DNA of 64,000 bases from the IMG/VR virus record IMGVR_UViG_3300009168_000008, positions 456-64,455 of that record; one strand, written 5' to 3'. The DNA comes from a virus (lineage: Duplodnaviria > Caudoviricetes). This document shows, in pieces, positions 50,066 through 59,728 of the stretch (positions within the stretch are counted from its first letter, which is position 1; each line of letters opens with the position of its first letter). The notes beneath the pieces were generated by a model. The model did not search any database. It was not told the DNA's origin and was given only the letters and a program-made list of their open reading frames with translations. Both the position numbers and the translations under genes were made by a program.

Positions 50066-51543
50066 GGCTGATACCACAGCTCGAACGTAGCCAGTGGGTC
50101 GAGGGCGTACGGGTCTACGTCGCCGACGAACACCTCCTCGATGCTCGGCCCGGTCGGCCCGATGACGCCCGTTGGGCCGGTCGGTCCGGTGTCCCCGGCG
50201 ATGCCTTGCGCGCCCGCCGGTCCCGTGGCCCCGGTCGGCCCGGTTACACCTGTGACACCTGCGGGGCCGGTCGGCCCGGGGACCGTGGAGTCGAGCCCCG
50301 GTGGACCCGTCGGGCCGGCAGCTCCGACGGGTCCGGTCGCCCCGGGAGGACCGGGGACGATTGAGGCGGGTCCTGCTGGTCCGGTCGCGCCCGCCGGTCC
50401 GGTCGGTCCGACTGCTCCTTGCGCGCCGCTCGCTCCTGACGCGCCCGCTGGCCCGGTCGCGCCGCGCGGCCCCATCGGGCCGGTGGGGCCTGCCGGGCCC
50501 GTGCTCCCGGTCGGGCCTGTCCCGCCGACGATGTTCATGCGCAGCGTCCACGTCGCGTCGTCGGTCTTCTCGTAGACCTTGCCCGTCGAGGTGTCGAGGT
50601 ACCAGTCGCCGGTCGTGCCGGTGGTGCCGCTCGGGTCGCCGATGTCGCTGTGCCACTGCTCGGCCTGTCCGGTCGGGCCGGTGGCCCCGGTCGCCCCCGG
50701 TGGACCGGTGGGGCCGACGAGGGTGGATGCGGCCCCCGTCGGCCCCGGTGGTCCGGTGGTCCCCTGCGGCCCGGTCGGTCCTGGTGGCCCGGGGACGGTC
50801 GATGGCGCGCCGGTCGGCCCCGGCGCGCCGGTCGGCCCGCGGGCTCCCGTGGGTCCGGTGGCTCCGATGGGACCGGCCACTCCCGCCGGTCCGCGCAAGC
50901 CCTGGACGCCCTGCGGTCCTTGTGGCCCGGTCGGGCCGGGGACGGTGCTCGCCGCGCCGCTCGGCCCGGTGTCGCCGACCGCGCCGCGCTGTCCCGTCGG
51001 TCCCGTCGGACCTGGCACGGTGGAGGCGGGTCCAGCCGGTCCGAACCCCCCGGTCGGGCCGGCTGGCCCCGTGTCGCCAACAAGTCCCTGCGGGCCGGTC
51101 GGCCCCGTGACGCCGCGCGGGCCCGTGCTCCCGGTCGGGCCGGGGACCGTGGACACCGCGCCCGTCGGTCCCGTCGGGCCGCGCAGCCCTTGCGCGCCCG
51201 TCGGCCCTGGAGCGCCAGTGGGGCCGGTGGGGCCGGGTACGGTCGATGCTGGTCCGACCGGCCCGGTGGGTCCCGCAGGTCCGGTCGGGCCGGTCGGTCC
51301 GGTCGGGCCACCGATGGACGTGATCACGCCGAGGTCGGGGGGCAGCGTGACCATCGCCGTCGAGCCGTCAGCGCGCGACACGCCGACGCTGGCCCCCGCG
51401 CGGGGGCCGACGAGGACACCGTGCTGTGGCGCGGTGGCGGCGACCGCCCGCGCCGTGGCCGCCCGGGCGACGACGACCTTGCCGTCGGGTGCGTTGACCA
51501 CCCGGACCCCGCGCCCCGGTGGACGGGGGACGGTGACGGTCAT
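50062..51543 (-). CDS. Second collagen-like fibre protein (neck region)
   Basis: Gly-X-Y tracts; [13 protein letters not shown]. Confidence 0.85.
   Translation of the reverse strand: MTVTVPRPPGRGVRVVNAPDGKVVVARAATARAVAATAPQHGVLVGPRAGASVGVSRADGSTAMVTLPPDLGVITSIGGPTGPTGPTGPAGPTGPVGPASTVPGPTGPTGAPGPTGAQGLRGPTGPTGAVSTVPGPTGSTGPRGVTGPTGPQGLVGDTGPAGPTGGFGPAGPASTVPGPTGPTGQRGAVGDTGPSGAASTVPGPTGPQGPQGVQGLRGPAGVAGPIGATGPTGARGPTGAPGPTGAPSTVPGPPGPTGPQGTTGPPGPTGAASTLVGPTGPPGATGATGPTGQAEQWHSDIGDPSGTTGTTGDWYLDTSTGKVYEKTDDATWTLRMNIVGGTGPTGSTGPAGPTGPMGPRGATGPAGASGASGAQGAVGPTGPAGATGPAGPASIVPGPPGATGPVGAAGPTGPPGLDSTVPGPTGPAGVTGVTGPTGATGPAGAQGIAGDTGPTGPTGVIGPTGPSIEEVFVGDVDPYALDPLATFELWYQP
51391..51408. repeat. 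18-bp palindrome, copy 4 (intragenic)
   Basis: Exact. Confidence 0.9.
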
Positions 51544-51959
51544 GGCCGGGAGACGTCCCCCTCGACGGTGATCGTGCCGCGGATCAGCGTGGTCACCTCG
51601 CCGTCGAGCGTCATCTCGACGTCGTAGACGTAGGAGGGCTCGACGAGCGATGCCGATGTGGCGGCGTCGAGGACGACCTCGATGATGTGCGTCTGACCGG
51701 CGAGCGGCTCGATGGTGAACTCCGCCGCCGCCGCGACATCAGCGTCGGTGAGGCGTATCTGTGCCGACCAGGTCGCCGCCGAGATGTCGACCGGGGTGGT
51801 CCCGTCCGCCTCGGTCACAGCCACCTGGAAGCGGCCGGTGTCGCCGCGGTAGACCCACAGGTCGGTCACCAGCGGCTCGCTCAGGGGCAGCGGCGCGCCC
51901 GAGCAGGAGCCGGGGGACGAGGCGATCCCGAGGGCGGCGAGGGACAGAGTGACGGTCAT
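51540..51959 (-). CDS. Structural protein (BppU N-terminal-like)
   Basis: YRGDT...PVDIS..AQIR...YVYDVEM...TLIRGTITV. Confidence 0.7.
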   Translation of the reverse strand: MTVTLSLAALGIASSPGSCSGAPLPLSEPLVTDLWVYRGDTGRFQVAVTEADGTTPVDISAATWSAQIRLTDADVAAAAEFTIEPLAGQTHIIEVVLDAATSASLVEPSYVYDVEMTLDGEVTTLIRGTITVEGDVSRP

Positions 51960-52720
51960 GGGGTCACCGCGATCTGGGGGGTGAGGTAGCGGTGCTTGGC
52001 CCACGGCACGTCGGGGCTCCACACCATCGGCGGCAGCTTCAAGCCGTTGGGGTTGACCGAGACGAGGTAGGCGTCGACCTCGCGGATGCCGGTCATCCCG
52101 CCGGGGAAGGCGGAGGCCTCCATCGTGAACGACACGCCCTGGCGGACGAGCGACGTGACCGAGCTCGGCAGTCGGCACTTGCTGCCGCTGCACGCCTTGG
52201 AGAACTCGCAGGCGAGCACCCCGGCCGCCCACAGCGCGCCCTCGTCGGGGACGATGCCGGGGATGTAGGTCATCGTCAGGTCGACGCAGGCGGGCCAGCA
52301 CTCGCCGTCGGTGCGGGCGATGCGGTGCCCGTTGATCACCTGGAAGGTCTCCAGCGGCATCGCGCAGCCGCCGACACTGACCTGGAGGATCGCCGCCACC
52401 GGCCCGGGCATGACGATGTCGCAGAGCCGCTCGCAGTTGCACTCCTTGCCGGCGCACGTGCAGTTGTGCCAGTTGCCGTCGCGGATGTACGGCGTCATCC
52501 ACGGCCCCGTCGACCACACCTGGCCCCAGCGCTCGGTGCACGGGTTGCACGGCTGGGCCAGGCACGGCTTGACGACCACCGGGCAGTTGCCGACCTGCCC
52601 GCCGCTCAGCGCCCGCAGCGTCGACCAGGCGAGGGAGTCGGCCCGCTCCTGGAGCTCAGGAGCGAGGCCGTCCCATTCGTCGCAGCAGGCGCGGTCGGGG
52701 TCGAACGGGACACAGCCCAC
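51956..52720 (-). CDS. Head-to-tail adaptor
   Basis: LACEF..C...CRLP..VTSLVRQGVS...TGIREVD. Confidence 0.75.
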   Translation of the reverse strand: MGCVPFDPDRACCDEWDGLAPELQERADSLAWSTLRALSGGQVGNCPVVVKPCLAQPCNPCTERWGQVWSTGPWMTPYIRDGNWHNCTCAGKECNCERLCDIVMPGPVAAILQVSVGGCAMPLETFQVINGHRIARTDGECWPACVDLTMTYIPGIVPDEGALWAAGVLACEFSKACSGSKCRLPSSVTSLVRQGVSFTMEASAFPGGMTGIREVDAYLVSVNPNGLKLPPMVWSPDVPWAKHRYLTPQIAVTP

Positions 52721-52749
52721 GGTCTACCCCTTTCGCGTCGTGATGATCT

Positions 52750-53709
52750 CTACTTGCCCGCCGTGGCGGCCTTGGCCGATGCGGCCTGCGTGGCGAGGGC
52801 TGCCATTCCGGCGACCCATGCCGTGCCGTCCCAGTGCATCTGCCCGGCGGCTCCGGGCGTGGTGCCCTGAACGTACTGCCCGGTGGTCCAGGCCGTGTTC
52901 GGGTTGGCGACGACTCCGGTGCTCGTGGCTCCGGCGGCGTCAGCGGGATGGACCGATCCGGCGGGCGTCCACACACCAGGCGTGCCAGCGGTGGCCCCGG
53001 TGGCGTTGGGAGCGCCGACGGGCGGGACGAGCTCTTCGCAGCCGTCGGTGGCGTCGGGCGGAGGCACCGTGGTGAACACGGCGTAGAGGTGGTCGTCGCC
53101 GTCGAGCGGGTCGGGCAGCGGACCCGCTGCTCCGGTGTCGTCGCCGATGACGTCGTAGGGGCCAGTGCCCCAGCCGTTGCCGTCCTTCGTCGAGGCCCCG
53201 GTGACGGTGAAGGTGATCGCCGCGTTCTCGATCGTGAAGTCGCCGATCACGCCGCCCTGGAGGCAGGGCAGGAGCAGGTAGCCGAAGGCCCCCACGTCGC
53301 CCGAGCAGGCCACGCCGGGCACGCCCATCCAGACCTCGAGAGCGAAGCCGGCGTCACAGACGCTGACCGAGCTGTTCATGCGGAAGCCGATCACGTCGCC
53401 CGCTCCGTTGAGCACCACCGGCTGTCCGGTGACGATCGAGAACAGACACGGCGACACCTCGCAGAAGGTGATCTCGACGCCGTAGCCGAGGAACTCCGAG
53501 CACCCTGGGTCGCGCACGCACGTCTTGCCGTTGGCGTTGACGACGGTGATCTCCTCGGCGTCGTTCATGTTCGCCGTGAGGGCGATCGAGACGAAGCCGT
53601 CGGTGACGACCATGTTGTCCGGACCGTACGCCGGAGCGCAGCAGCCGTCGACGCGGGTCACGCGCATGATCCGGCCACGGACCAGGGGGAAGCTCTTTGG
53701 GTTGGCCAT
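52750..53709 (-). CDS. Major tail protein
   Basis: RGRIMRVTRVDGC; position. Confidence 0.8.
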   Translation of the reverse strand: MANPKSFPLVRGRIMRVTRVDGCCAPAYGPDNMVVTDGFVSIALTANMNDAEEITVVNANGKTCVRDPGCSEFLGYGVEITFCEVSPCLFSIVTGQPVVLNGAGDVIGFRMNSSVSVCDAGFALEVWMGVPGVACSGDVGAFGYLLLPCLQGGVIGDFTIENAAITFTVTGASTKDGNGWGTGPYDVIGDDTGAAGPLPDPLDGDDHLYAVFTTVPPPDATDGCEELVPPVGAPNATGATAGTPGVWTPAGSVHPADAAGATSTGVVANPNTAWTTGQYVQGTTPGAAGQMHWDGTAWVAGMAALATQAASAKAATAGK

Positions 53710-53728
53710 GACTAGCTCCTCTTCGGGA

Positions 53729-54517
53729 TCATGAGCAGGACACTTCGACCTTCGCCACGAGGCAGTCGAACACGGGGACGTAGACACGCTCGGCGAGGGC
53801 ACGCATCGGGGCGAAGGTGCCGTCGTCGAACACTTGCTGGGGCACGGAGATGTTCTTCTCGGGGCCGCGGAACAGGGTGACCGAGCCGGTGACGTACATC
53901 GTCCCGGTGGTGATCGTGACCGGGACCGGGACCGCCGTGGTCAGCGGGGCGACCTTGCTCCCGGCGCAGGTGGACAACGTGCCGTCGAGGTTGGCGTGGA
54001 GTGCCCCGTTGGAGCACCCGCACTGGATGAACAGCCGCGGGATCATCAACGTCGGCTGGCCGCCGTACCACGTGGCGGCGAAGGCCTCGGCCGCGCCGAT
54101 CGCCTGTGGGATGGGGAAGGGCCCGCCGAGGTCGATCACGTCGACCGAGTCGGAGAGGAAGGCGTCGACGTACTGGTCGATGCCGCGCGGCTCGCCGTGG
54201 CCGAGCCGGGCGGTCGCCCGGCGCGCTCCCTCGTCCAGCCGTTGCAGGTCGCAGCTGACCCCGGCGTAGAGCACGAACGGGTCGCCGACGACGTGCTCCT
54301 GGGTGTCCTCGAACACCTTGAGGATCGCCGGGTCGATCGTGCACCACTGCGACCAGATTTCCGCTGACGAGCAGGCGTCGGTCAGCGCTTCGACCCCGAG
54401 CAGGCGATGGTCGCCATCGGCGACGTCGACGACGTTGGCGACGGAGAGCACCCCGCCCCCGAGGGGGACGGGCGCGGGGAGCTCGACCCACGTACGGGCT
54501 CCGGTCATCATCGGCAT
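53729..54517 (-). CDS. Minor capsid/head decoration protein
   Basis: Directly after the MCP; ALAERVY. Confidence 0.6.
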   Translation of the reverse strand: MPMMTGARTWVELPAPVPLGGGVLSVANVVDVADGDHRLLGVEALTDACSSAEIWSQWCTIDPAILKVFEDTQEHVVGDPFVLYAGVSCDLQRLDEGARRATARLGHGEPRGIDQYVDAFLSDSVDVIDLGGPFPIPQAIGAAEAFAATWYGGQPTLMIPRLFIQCGCSNGALHANLDGTLSTCAGSKVAPLTTAVPVPVTITTGTMYVTGSVTLFRGPEKNISVPQQVFDDGTFAPMRALAERVYVPVFDCLVAKVEVSCS

Positions 54518-54553
54518 CGACTCACCTCCTCGGGGTCACTCGTACGGATCGGA

Positions 54554-56227
54554 TCAGGGCGTTGCCGTTGCCGGGGGCCAGACGCAGCCGACGAGGTCGG
54601 CGGCGGCGGAGCGGCCCGAGGCGCAGACCGGAATCTCCACGGCGCACGTGTGCGTGCAGCGCTGCACGGCGAGGATGCCCTCCTCGATGAAGAGCGCCGT
54701 GTTGATGTTCTTCTCGAGCGAGGTCGAGTCGTAGACGGCATCGACGTTGATGACGTCGATCGAGCCCTTGACCCACGTGCCGGCCGGGTACATCAGCACC
54801 TTCACCGGGTCCGGGAAGGTCACGATGCAGGCGTCGACGTCATCGACCACCGGGTCCTGGAAGTCGAACACCCACTGCACGCTCATGTTGCGGGCGGTGA
54901 ACCAGGCATCGACGGCGGCGTCGCTCACGTCGGGCGGGAACTGGCGCATGCCCCAGTCGGCCTTGATGAACTGCTTCAGCCACCACGGGGCGATGACCTC
55001 GATGGTGTGGCTCTCGGCCATGCGGTAGCGGTAGCGCATGCCGGTGGCGGCGAAGGAGAGCGCCTCCATCGAGTGGCTGATCGACTCCATGTCGGCCGCT
55101 GCGCTCGCCGTCCCGGCGGCCAGCTCGATGGTGTTGATGATGTAGGCGTTGACCTTGTGCTGCTGGGCGACCAGCGCGCCCTCCATGTACCGGCGCACGA
55201 GCTCGGGGTAGGTCGCCTGGGTGACCAGGGGGGCCTTCACGCAGAGCCCGATGAGGTCGGCGCGGATTTCCTCGAACGGCGGGCAGTCGACGATGCAGCA
55301 GGTCTTCTCGGCGGTGCCGGCGATGACCTCGGACTCGGTGAACGAGAACCCGCGGTTGGCGTAGATGTCGCCGAAGTCGGGGCCCTGGGTCCAGCGGATG
55401 CCGCCGCGGGGGATGCTGATCTCGGGGATGTCGAGGATGCCCTGGACCGTCTCGTACTGGCAGAGGTCGTAGAGCGTCTCGGACGGGGAACACCACCCCC
55501 CGGCGGCCACGAGAGAACCGCCGGGGAGACGGCGCTCGTCACCCGCTCGCCACACCACGTCGTAGTCGCTGATCTCGCCGCCGGTGGCGACGAGGTTGCC
55601 GAAGCCCTCCTTGCGGATCATCGCCGCGCCGTAGCGGTGACGGACACCGGACTCGCCGCCGATGTGCGTGGTCGGCAGGTTGCGCATCCGGGCGATCACG
55701 GCGGCACAGGCCGCGGAGAGGCCGTCGAGCGGAGCCCCGGTTGGGATACCGGGGACGTCCGCGGCGGCGGTGAGTGCTGCCACAGCTGACCGCTGGCGGG
55801 GAAGGGCCGGGGGCTGGCTGTTGGCGGCGGCTCGGCGCGCCGGGGACTGACGGCCGCTCGCGGCGACCGGCTCTGGCGCGAGCACCTCATCAGGCGTCAC
55901 GACTTCCTCACCTTCTGGGGTTGCGGGAGCGTCGCCTTCTCCGCCCTCGGGGGGCGTCTCGGGCTCCGGCTCGGGAGCGGGCTCTTCCGGGGTCGATGCC
56001 TGGATCAGCGCCTCGGCCCGGGCGGCGTTGGCGACCGAGGTCTCCACGGCGCGCTGGGCGTCACGGGCGGTGTTGATCAGGCCGACGATCCGCTCACCCT
56101 CGGCGAGGGTCGCCTCGTCCGACTCGGCGGTCACCCCCAGGGCACGCAGGGCGTCGAGGCCACCGTCGATCTGGGCTTGCAGTTCCTGAGCCGACAGGTC
56201 GGCAAGGTTCTCTGGCAGTTCGAACAT
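54554..56227 (-). CDS. Major capsid protein with N-terminal scaffold-like domain
   Basis: LVAAGGWCSPSETLYD, RGGIRW. Confidence 0.85.
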   Translation of the reverse strand: MFELPENLADLSAQELQAQIDGGLDALRALGVTAESDEATLAEGERIVGLINTARDAQRAVETSVANAARAEALIQASTPEEPAPEPEPETPPEGGEGDAPATPEGEEVVTPDEVLAPEPVAASGRQSPARRAAANSQPPALPRQRSAVAALTAAADVPGIPTGAPLDGLSAACAAVIARMRNLPTTHIGGESGVRHRYGAAMIRKEGFGNLVATGGEISDYDVVWRAGDERRLPGGSLVAAGGWCSPSETLYDLCQYETVQGILDIPEISIPRGGIRWTQGPDFGDIYANRGFSFTESEVIAGTAEKTCCIVDCPPFEEIRADLIGLCVKAPLVTQATYPELVRRYMEGALVAQQHKVNAYIINTIELAAGTASAAADMESISHSMEALSFAATGMRYRYRMAESHTIEVIAPWWLKQFIKADWGMRQFPPDVSDAAVDAWFTARNMSVQWVFDFQDPVVDDVDACIVTFPDPVKVLMYPAGTWVKGSIDVINVDAVYDSTSLEKNINTALFIEEGILAVQRCTHTCAVEIPVCASGRSAAADLVGCVWPPATATP

Positions 56228-56562
56228 CACGGCCTCCGGCGACTCGATGTAGGACAGGGATGGAAGGGCCCACCACCACACCGCTATGCGGCGTACGTCC
56301 CGGGAGCTGCGCTCTGACCGGACGGGTCGGCTACGGGGGGCAAGGTACACCCCCGGTGTCACGTTGTCGAGGATGCCGCCGTGCCCACGCTCCACGATCC
56401 CCCGGCGCTGGTGGGCCTAGCGCGTGTCCCGGGTATTCATCCGAGTGTCACCGGCGACATCCACTCCTGGAACCGAGAGGTCGTCTCGGAGCCGGTTTGC
56501 GCCTCTCGTTCTACACCCGGGGTGTCATAGGGAGGCGAGCTCCCCGATCCTCGCGGGAAATC

Positions 56563-56703
56563 TCAGACCTTCACCGGCTGGTACTTGCCGCCCTCGCGGC
56601 GGATGATCGCCATCGCCGCCACGAGCGAGTCGACCGTCTCCGTTCGCCCCTCGCGGGTCGTGACGATGTACTTCTTGCGACCGCCGCCGCAGTTGCAGCC
56701 CAT
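56563..56703 (-). CDS. Small MGCNCG protein
   Basis: 46 aa; TGATG overlap. Confidence 0.65.
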   Translation of the reverse strand: MGCNCGGGRKKYIVTTREGRTETVDSLVAAMAIIRREGGKYQPVKV

Positions 56704-57116
56704 CAGCTGACCGTGAAGGCCTTGGCCGTCGAGGTGCCGCCGTCGGGGTTGCGCACGGTGAACTGCTTGGCCCCGGCGCTCGTCGCGTCGTAGCTCGTCG
56801 TCAGCGACGTCGGCGAGACGAAGGTCGTCGTGGCGTCCACGCCGTCGATGCGGATCTTGGCCCCGGAGACGAAGCCGCTGCCGGTGGCGGTGACGGTGAC
56901 CGCGGCGTCGGCGACGAGGGCGGTGGCCGGGCTGATCGAGGTCAGCGTTGGCGGGGTGACGGGGGGCGGTCCGCCGCCGGTCGACGGGGTGTCGGCCATG
57001 CCGCCGTTCTCGCGCTCCGCCCAGTCATGGGTGCCGCGGTCGTGCGACGAGACGAGCGTGGTCGTGGTGCGACCGGTCGCCGGGTCGAAGTCGGTGATGT
57101 TGGTCTGGTCGGGCAT
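56703..57116 (-). CDS. IPT/TIG Ig-like domain protein
   Basis: PTLTSISP...TGSGFVSGA...TTFVSPTSL...VRNPDGGTS. Confidence 0.8.
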   Translation of the reverse strand: MPDQTNITDFDPATGRTTTTLVSSHDRGTHDWAERENGGMADTPSTGGGPPPVTPPTLTSISPATALVADAAVTVTATGSGFVSGAKIRIDGVDATTTFVSPTSLTTSYDATSAGAKQFTVRNPDGGTSTAKAFTVS

Positions 57117-57140
57117 GGGCCTCCAACGTACTCTCGCTCC

Positions 57141-57821
57141 ATGGCCCGGCCGGTGTTGCTCGACCTGTTCTGTGGGGCGGGCGGCGCGGCGATGGGCTAC
57201 GCCCGCTCCGGGTTCCGGGTGATCGGCGTGGACCGCGACCACCAGCCGCACTACCCCTTCGAGTTCCGCCGGGGCAACGCGCTGTGCCCGCCGATCGGTC
57301 TGCGCAACGTCGACGCCATCCACGCCAGCCCGCCGTGCCAGGCGTACTCCATCGCCAACTACATCCACGGCAACGCCCACGCCGATCTCGTCGGGGCGAC
57401 GCGCGAGCTCCTCGAGGCCAGCGGGCTCCCGTACATCATCGAGAACGTGCCCGGCGCGCCGCTGAACGACCCGGTGCTGGTGTGCGGGCGGGCGCTCGGG
57501 CTCGGCGTCAAGCGCCACCGGCTGTTCGAGTCGAACGTGGCGCTCGTCGGCACGGAGTGTCCCCCCGGCCACCCCGGCCACTGGGTCAGCGTCTACGGCA
57601 ACTCGACGATGACGCGGGGCGGGATCGTCGGGCGGGCGAGCAACGGGTCACCGCGCATCGCCCGCGCCCACGTCGGGGCGACGCTCGGCAGACGGGCGAT
57701 GGGGATCGACTGGATGTCGCGCTACGAGCTGTCCCAGGCGATCCCGCCCGCCTACACGCAGTGGCTCGGGGGTCAGCTGCTGGCGGCGGTGAGCGCCTCG
57801 ACGCGCAGCTCGGTCACCTGA
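57141..57821 (+). CDS. C5 cytosine DNA methyltransferase, opposite strand inside the head module
   Basis: DLFCGAGG, SPPCQ, IENV, RHRLFE, AIPPAY. Confidence 0.9.
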   Translation: MARPVLLDLFCGAGGAAMGYARSGFRVIGVDRDHQPHYPFEFRRGNALCPPIGLRNVDAIHASPPCQAYSIANYIHGNAHADLVGATRELLEASGLPYIIENVPGAPLNDPVLVCGRALGLGVKRHRLFESNVALVGTECPPGHPGHWVSVYGNSTMTRGGIVGRASNGSPRIARAHVGATLGRRAMGIDWMSRYELSQAIPPAYTQWLGGQLLAAVSASTRSSVT

Positions 57822-59728
57822 GCGACGAGCTCGGCGGCGCGCACCCGGCGGGCCTTCTCCGCTTCGCGCTCGTCCAGCGCGGCGAGCACGGCGATCGCCA
57901 CGCGGTCGGGGTCGATCCCGGCGTCGATGGTGACGATCCCGGCGGCGACGAGCGACAGCTCGACACCGGCCGACGCCGCCATCTCCATGCGCGGGATCGG
58001 GAAGCCGGGCACGTTCACGGCGAGGGCGGCGACGAGTTCGAGGTTGCCGCCGATCCGCCGCCAGTCGCCGGAGATCGAGCCGGTCGCCTGGAGCACGTAC
58101 ATCTGCTGCTCGGACACCCCGGGACGCATCGCCCCGGCGACCCAGATGCCGATGTCGTCCTCGCCGGCGGCCACGTCGGCCACGCCCGTGCCGGTGTCGT
58201 CGTAGTGGGCCACGGCCGCTGCCGCGGCGGCGTCGCGCCCGGCGTGCCCCGTCTCCATCGTGATCTGCCCGACGGGGACGCGGCTTCCGTCGGCGGTCTC
58301 GACCTCGCCGGTTCGGAAGTAGGCGTAGTCGGTCTTGCTCTTGGGCGGGGTGACGCACTCGCCGCTGATCCCGACGTGGCACGTGTCCCACGTCGCCAGG
58401 TGCCCGACGACTCGGCCGTCGCGGGCGATGGTCAGCGGCGTGGCGGCGGTGAGGCCGGGGTTGGCGAACCACTCGGTCGGTGGGTTGAGCATGTGACTGT
58501 CCTCCAGGGGGACGGCGAAGGCGGCGTCGATCAAGGCTTGCATCTCGGGGGTGGTCTCGTCGGCGATCCCGGCGGCGACGAGCTCGGCCATGCCGTCGGC
58601 GAGCCGGCGGTGGTGCTTCGACTCCGGGTTCCAGTAGCCGAGCGCCTCCTTGTGCATGTTCTGGCACGTGCCCCAGGCGTACGGCCCGACGTACTTGGCC
58701 ATGTGCTTGTGGCAGCGGGTCAGGTCGCCGGGGGTGCCCCAACGGATCTTCGCCGCACCCGGTCCGCGCTCCCAGTAGTTCCGGAGGCGCTGGGTGTCCT
58801 TCGGATTCGTCAGCCAGCCGGGGCCGTCGTGGGTGCCGGGGGCGGCGACGATCACCTCGTCGTCCACTTCCTCGGCCGAGGCCGTCCACGAGTCCGGGAT
58901 GAGCTCGGCGTGTCCGAGGGCGCGGGCGCGCTTGCGGATGTGGCGCTTGGCCGCCGCCGGGTCCTTGGCCCGTCCGATCGCCTGGATGGCGTTGTGCAGG
59001 TCCTCGAGGTTGGCGATGGGGAAGCTGCCGTCGGGCATGGCGTGGCCCTTGTCGGCGAGGCGCTTGCGCTGATCGGTGTCGAAGGCGCGGGCGAGCAGCG
59101 GCTCGTGGGGCTGGGTGAGCACGGGGTCGCTCGTCGTGTTGAACTCGATGGCGTTGGTGGTCAGGGGGGGCGGAGTGTGGTTGTGGCTGATCGAGTGCGT
59201 GTGCATCGGGTTGGGCATCTCGCCTCCGTCCGCGGTGAGGCCGAGGTCGAGGTGGCATCGGCAGTTGATCCAGATGTCCGGCGGGCCGACCGGCTCGCCC
59301 GGGTAGTGCAGGCTGTAGCCGCCGACGTTGAAGGTCTGCCCGGCCGCCACGGTCACGCCGTGCATCGGGATGTGGTGGTCGCGGACGCGGTCGTCGAGCA
59401 TCGTGATCCACGTCTTGGCGGCCTTGGGGGCGGAGTAGTACCGCGCCGCGTTGGCAGCGGCGATCCCGCAGATGTCACTGATCCGGTCGATCTGTGCGTC
59501 CGTGCCGTCGGGGTTGGTCTGGCCCATCGCCCCGTTGATCTGGTTGAGGAAGTCGATGGACGCCTGGTCGACGCCCTTGGGGTCGCCGGGCACCTCGTCG
59601 TAGGCGAGCCGGAAGATCGTGTCGGCGGCGGCGCGCAGCATCGTCATCCGCATCGACTGGTCCGGTTCGGCGAGCGCCGCGGCGATGTCGTCGCGGATCA
59701 TCTCGGAGAGCTCGGCGGCGGTGGTCAT
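57773..59728 (-). CDS. MuF-like head morphogenesis / capsid maturation multidomain protein
   Basis: KTWITMLDDRVRDHH...YPGEP..INCRC; C-terminal GHLATW...SGDWR..ALAVNVPGFP. Confidence 0.8.
   Translation of the reverse strand: MTTAAELSEMIRDDIAAALAEPDQSMRMTMLRAAADTIFRLAYDEVPGDPKGVDQASIDFLNQINGAMGQTNPDGTDAQIDRISDICGIAAANAARYYSAPKAAKTWITMLDDRVRDHHIPMHGVTVAAGQTFNVGGYSLHYPGEPVGPPDIWINCRCHLDLGLTADGGEMPNPMHTHSISHNHTPPPLTTNAIEFNTTSDPVLTQPHEPLLARAFDTDQRKRLADKGHAMPDGSFPIANLEDLHNAIQAIGRAKDPAAAKRHIRKRARALGHAELIPDSWTASAEEVDDEVIVAAPGTHDGPGWLTNPKDTQRLRNYWERGPGAAKIRWGTPGDLTRCHKHMAKYVGPYAWGTCQNMHKEALGYWNPESKHHRRLADGMAELVAAGIADETTPEMQALIDAAFAVPLEDSHMLNPPTEWFANPGLTAATPLTIARDGRVVGHLATWDTCHVGISGECVTPPKSKTDYAYFRTGEVETADGSRVPVGQITMETGHAGRDAAAAAAVAHYDDTGTGVADVAAGEDDIGIWVAGAMRPGVSEQQMYVLQATGSISGDWRRIGGNLELVAALAVNVPGFPIPRMEMAASAGVELSLVAAGIVTIDAGIDPDRVAIAVLAALDEREAEKARRVRAAELVAQVTELRVEALTAASS

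Noticed and set aside
38832-51543. Highly repetitive GGNCCN tracts as a CRISPR array or DNA satellite
   Set aside because: They are 9-bp periodic Gly-X-Y codons inside two collagen-like CDSs, with no repeat-spacer structure or cas genes.
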